From NCBI GenBank assembly GCA_002633005.1, contig NMRA01000240.1, positions 265,019 to 329,018 of the forward strand: 64,000 nucleotides of DNA, written 5' to 3'. Position 1 is the stretch's first letter. Each line of letters opens with the position of its first letter. This DNA comes from Phoronis australis. Lineage: Eukaryota; Animalia; Phoronida. Position numbers and translations under genes: made by a program. Under the pieces are notes generated by a model. The model searched no databases. It worked only from the letters and a program-made list of their open reading frames with translations, and was not told the origin of the DNA. Below, one piece after another: positions 62,605-64,000 of this stretch.

Positions 62605-64000
62605 GATTGAAATAAAATTGAAAAGTGAATGGATTGGTTCCCGTCCTCCAACAATCAAATGGTTCCTGTGCCTATACCCTATTGCTCAGCCCCTCCACTA
62701 TGAGGGTAATAAACCAATATTCTAAGTTAACTCCAACCCCTTCTCTTTGTCATCATGGTGGCACAAACACGGAAAACATTTTCCTCTAATGGACCTATTT
62801 ATTGAAAATCGCATACCGGCCTATGATGTAAAAATTTGTCAGTGGTACACATCGGCTGTAGACCAAGGGAATTTTGTGCGCATGTACCTTGTGAACGTAC
62901 ATTGTCCGCAGATGAGGTAACAAGTTTTGAAATTCAGCAAGATTCCAAGTTCAACCACAACAAAAACATGGCCACGTTGCACTAATCTAGCTGGGTTTAT
63001 TTCTGCAGGGTGGTTACATTCGAAGTCTCCTAACTCAACGCTACACAAGATACGTACTTCACTCAACTGCATGTCTTGCTTGGTAACAGCTGGGCTGTTT
63101 TGCAACAAAAAAAAACTTTTGCTTCAACTTGAAGCTCATGATTCCAGGGTCATAATTTGTATTCAATATTAGGCAGCCGGTAGGCATCACCCCGTGAGGT
63201 AAACAGTGAAACCTAGCCGAAAGCAATATTGAAATCACCTTGCGTGCAATTATTACACGTCAAGCCACAAAATACATAACACAACAAATAACAAAGTACA
63301 CACAATTTTCAACATTAACGTTCAATGTGGCAGTACTTAAAATAGCGATTGATTTATTCCTAGACAACTTTCTGGTTTGCTGTAGTGGGGCGTAGGCGCA
63401 CGTCAAGGCGCAGGTAACCACCCTTTTGCCTTTCAATGTAGCACCTACCCACTGTAAGTTACGGTAGAGTGGAGCGTAAGCACACGTAGTTGAAGCCAAC
63501 AACCTTTTTACATTTTACCGTGGCAAACCGCCGTTTTTCACTGTGACGTAGCGTCTACGCACCGTGACGGAAAATGGGGCATAGTCTCGATATGATACTT
63601 TACAGCACTAATGTGCTACGCTGACAGCATTTGTTGCCGACTATTTTGGCGCGCGTGATCACCAGGCATGTTCGCCGAGTAATGGAACTTTTATTAATTC
63701 AAGATAAAAAACAGCTACGGTGTCACACGTACCATAGGTGGATAAAGGGGGTGGCGAAGGCCCCCGTGGACACACCCCATTGGCAACTAAAAGGCGCCGC
63801 CAGCTTTTGGGCATTACACTCCTATTCCTTTATGATTGCATGGGCACCCTTCAGAGACCGCTTGGAATGCACGTGGACCTTTGCCTTCAGATATGTGTGG
63901 TTTCACCCTCTTCTACATCCAAGATCCACCACTGCATACTGTATGTACATAACCACTTGTGAGTCAAAAATAAGCCCACATATTTGTGATTTAGGTTGTG

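Overview
AT-rich eukaryotic (invertebrate animal-type) genomic DNA, mostly transposon remnants, with two assembly gaps (40669-40678 and 49293-50194). Host-like coding content is small. There is one intact, intronless, probably secreted vWA-domain ORF (15422-16360). There are also two phase-1 EGF/EB-like exons (56158-56298, 57287-57409) that the ORF track misses or only partly covers. Mobile elements: a near full-length CR1/L2-group LINE with a 2A-like peptide upstream of its endonuclease, plus fragments of the same group; two Penelope (GIY-YIG) remnants; a pogo remnant; two Academ-like TIR elements; four Kolobok deletion derivatives (THAP, with a convergent KolX remnant visible in two); a Helentron-like element rich in CTCF-like motifs; and several foldbacks and satellites. 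The most unusual structure is a 2.75-kb segment (2808-5554) that reappears inverted and circularly permuted at 10663-13574. Its two ends are joined through a TA microhomology and the second copy has 174-bp direct terminal repeats. All calls were made by eye, with no database searches. I found no clearly new biological system, only candidates.
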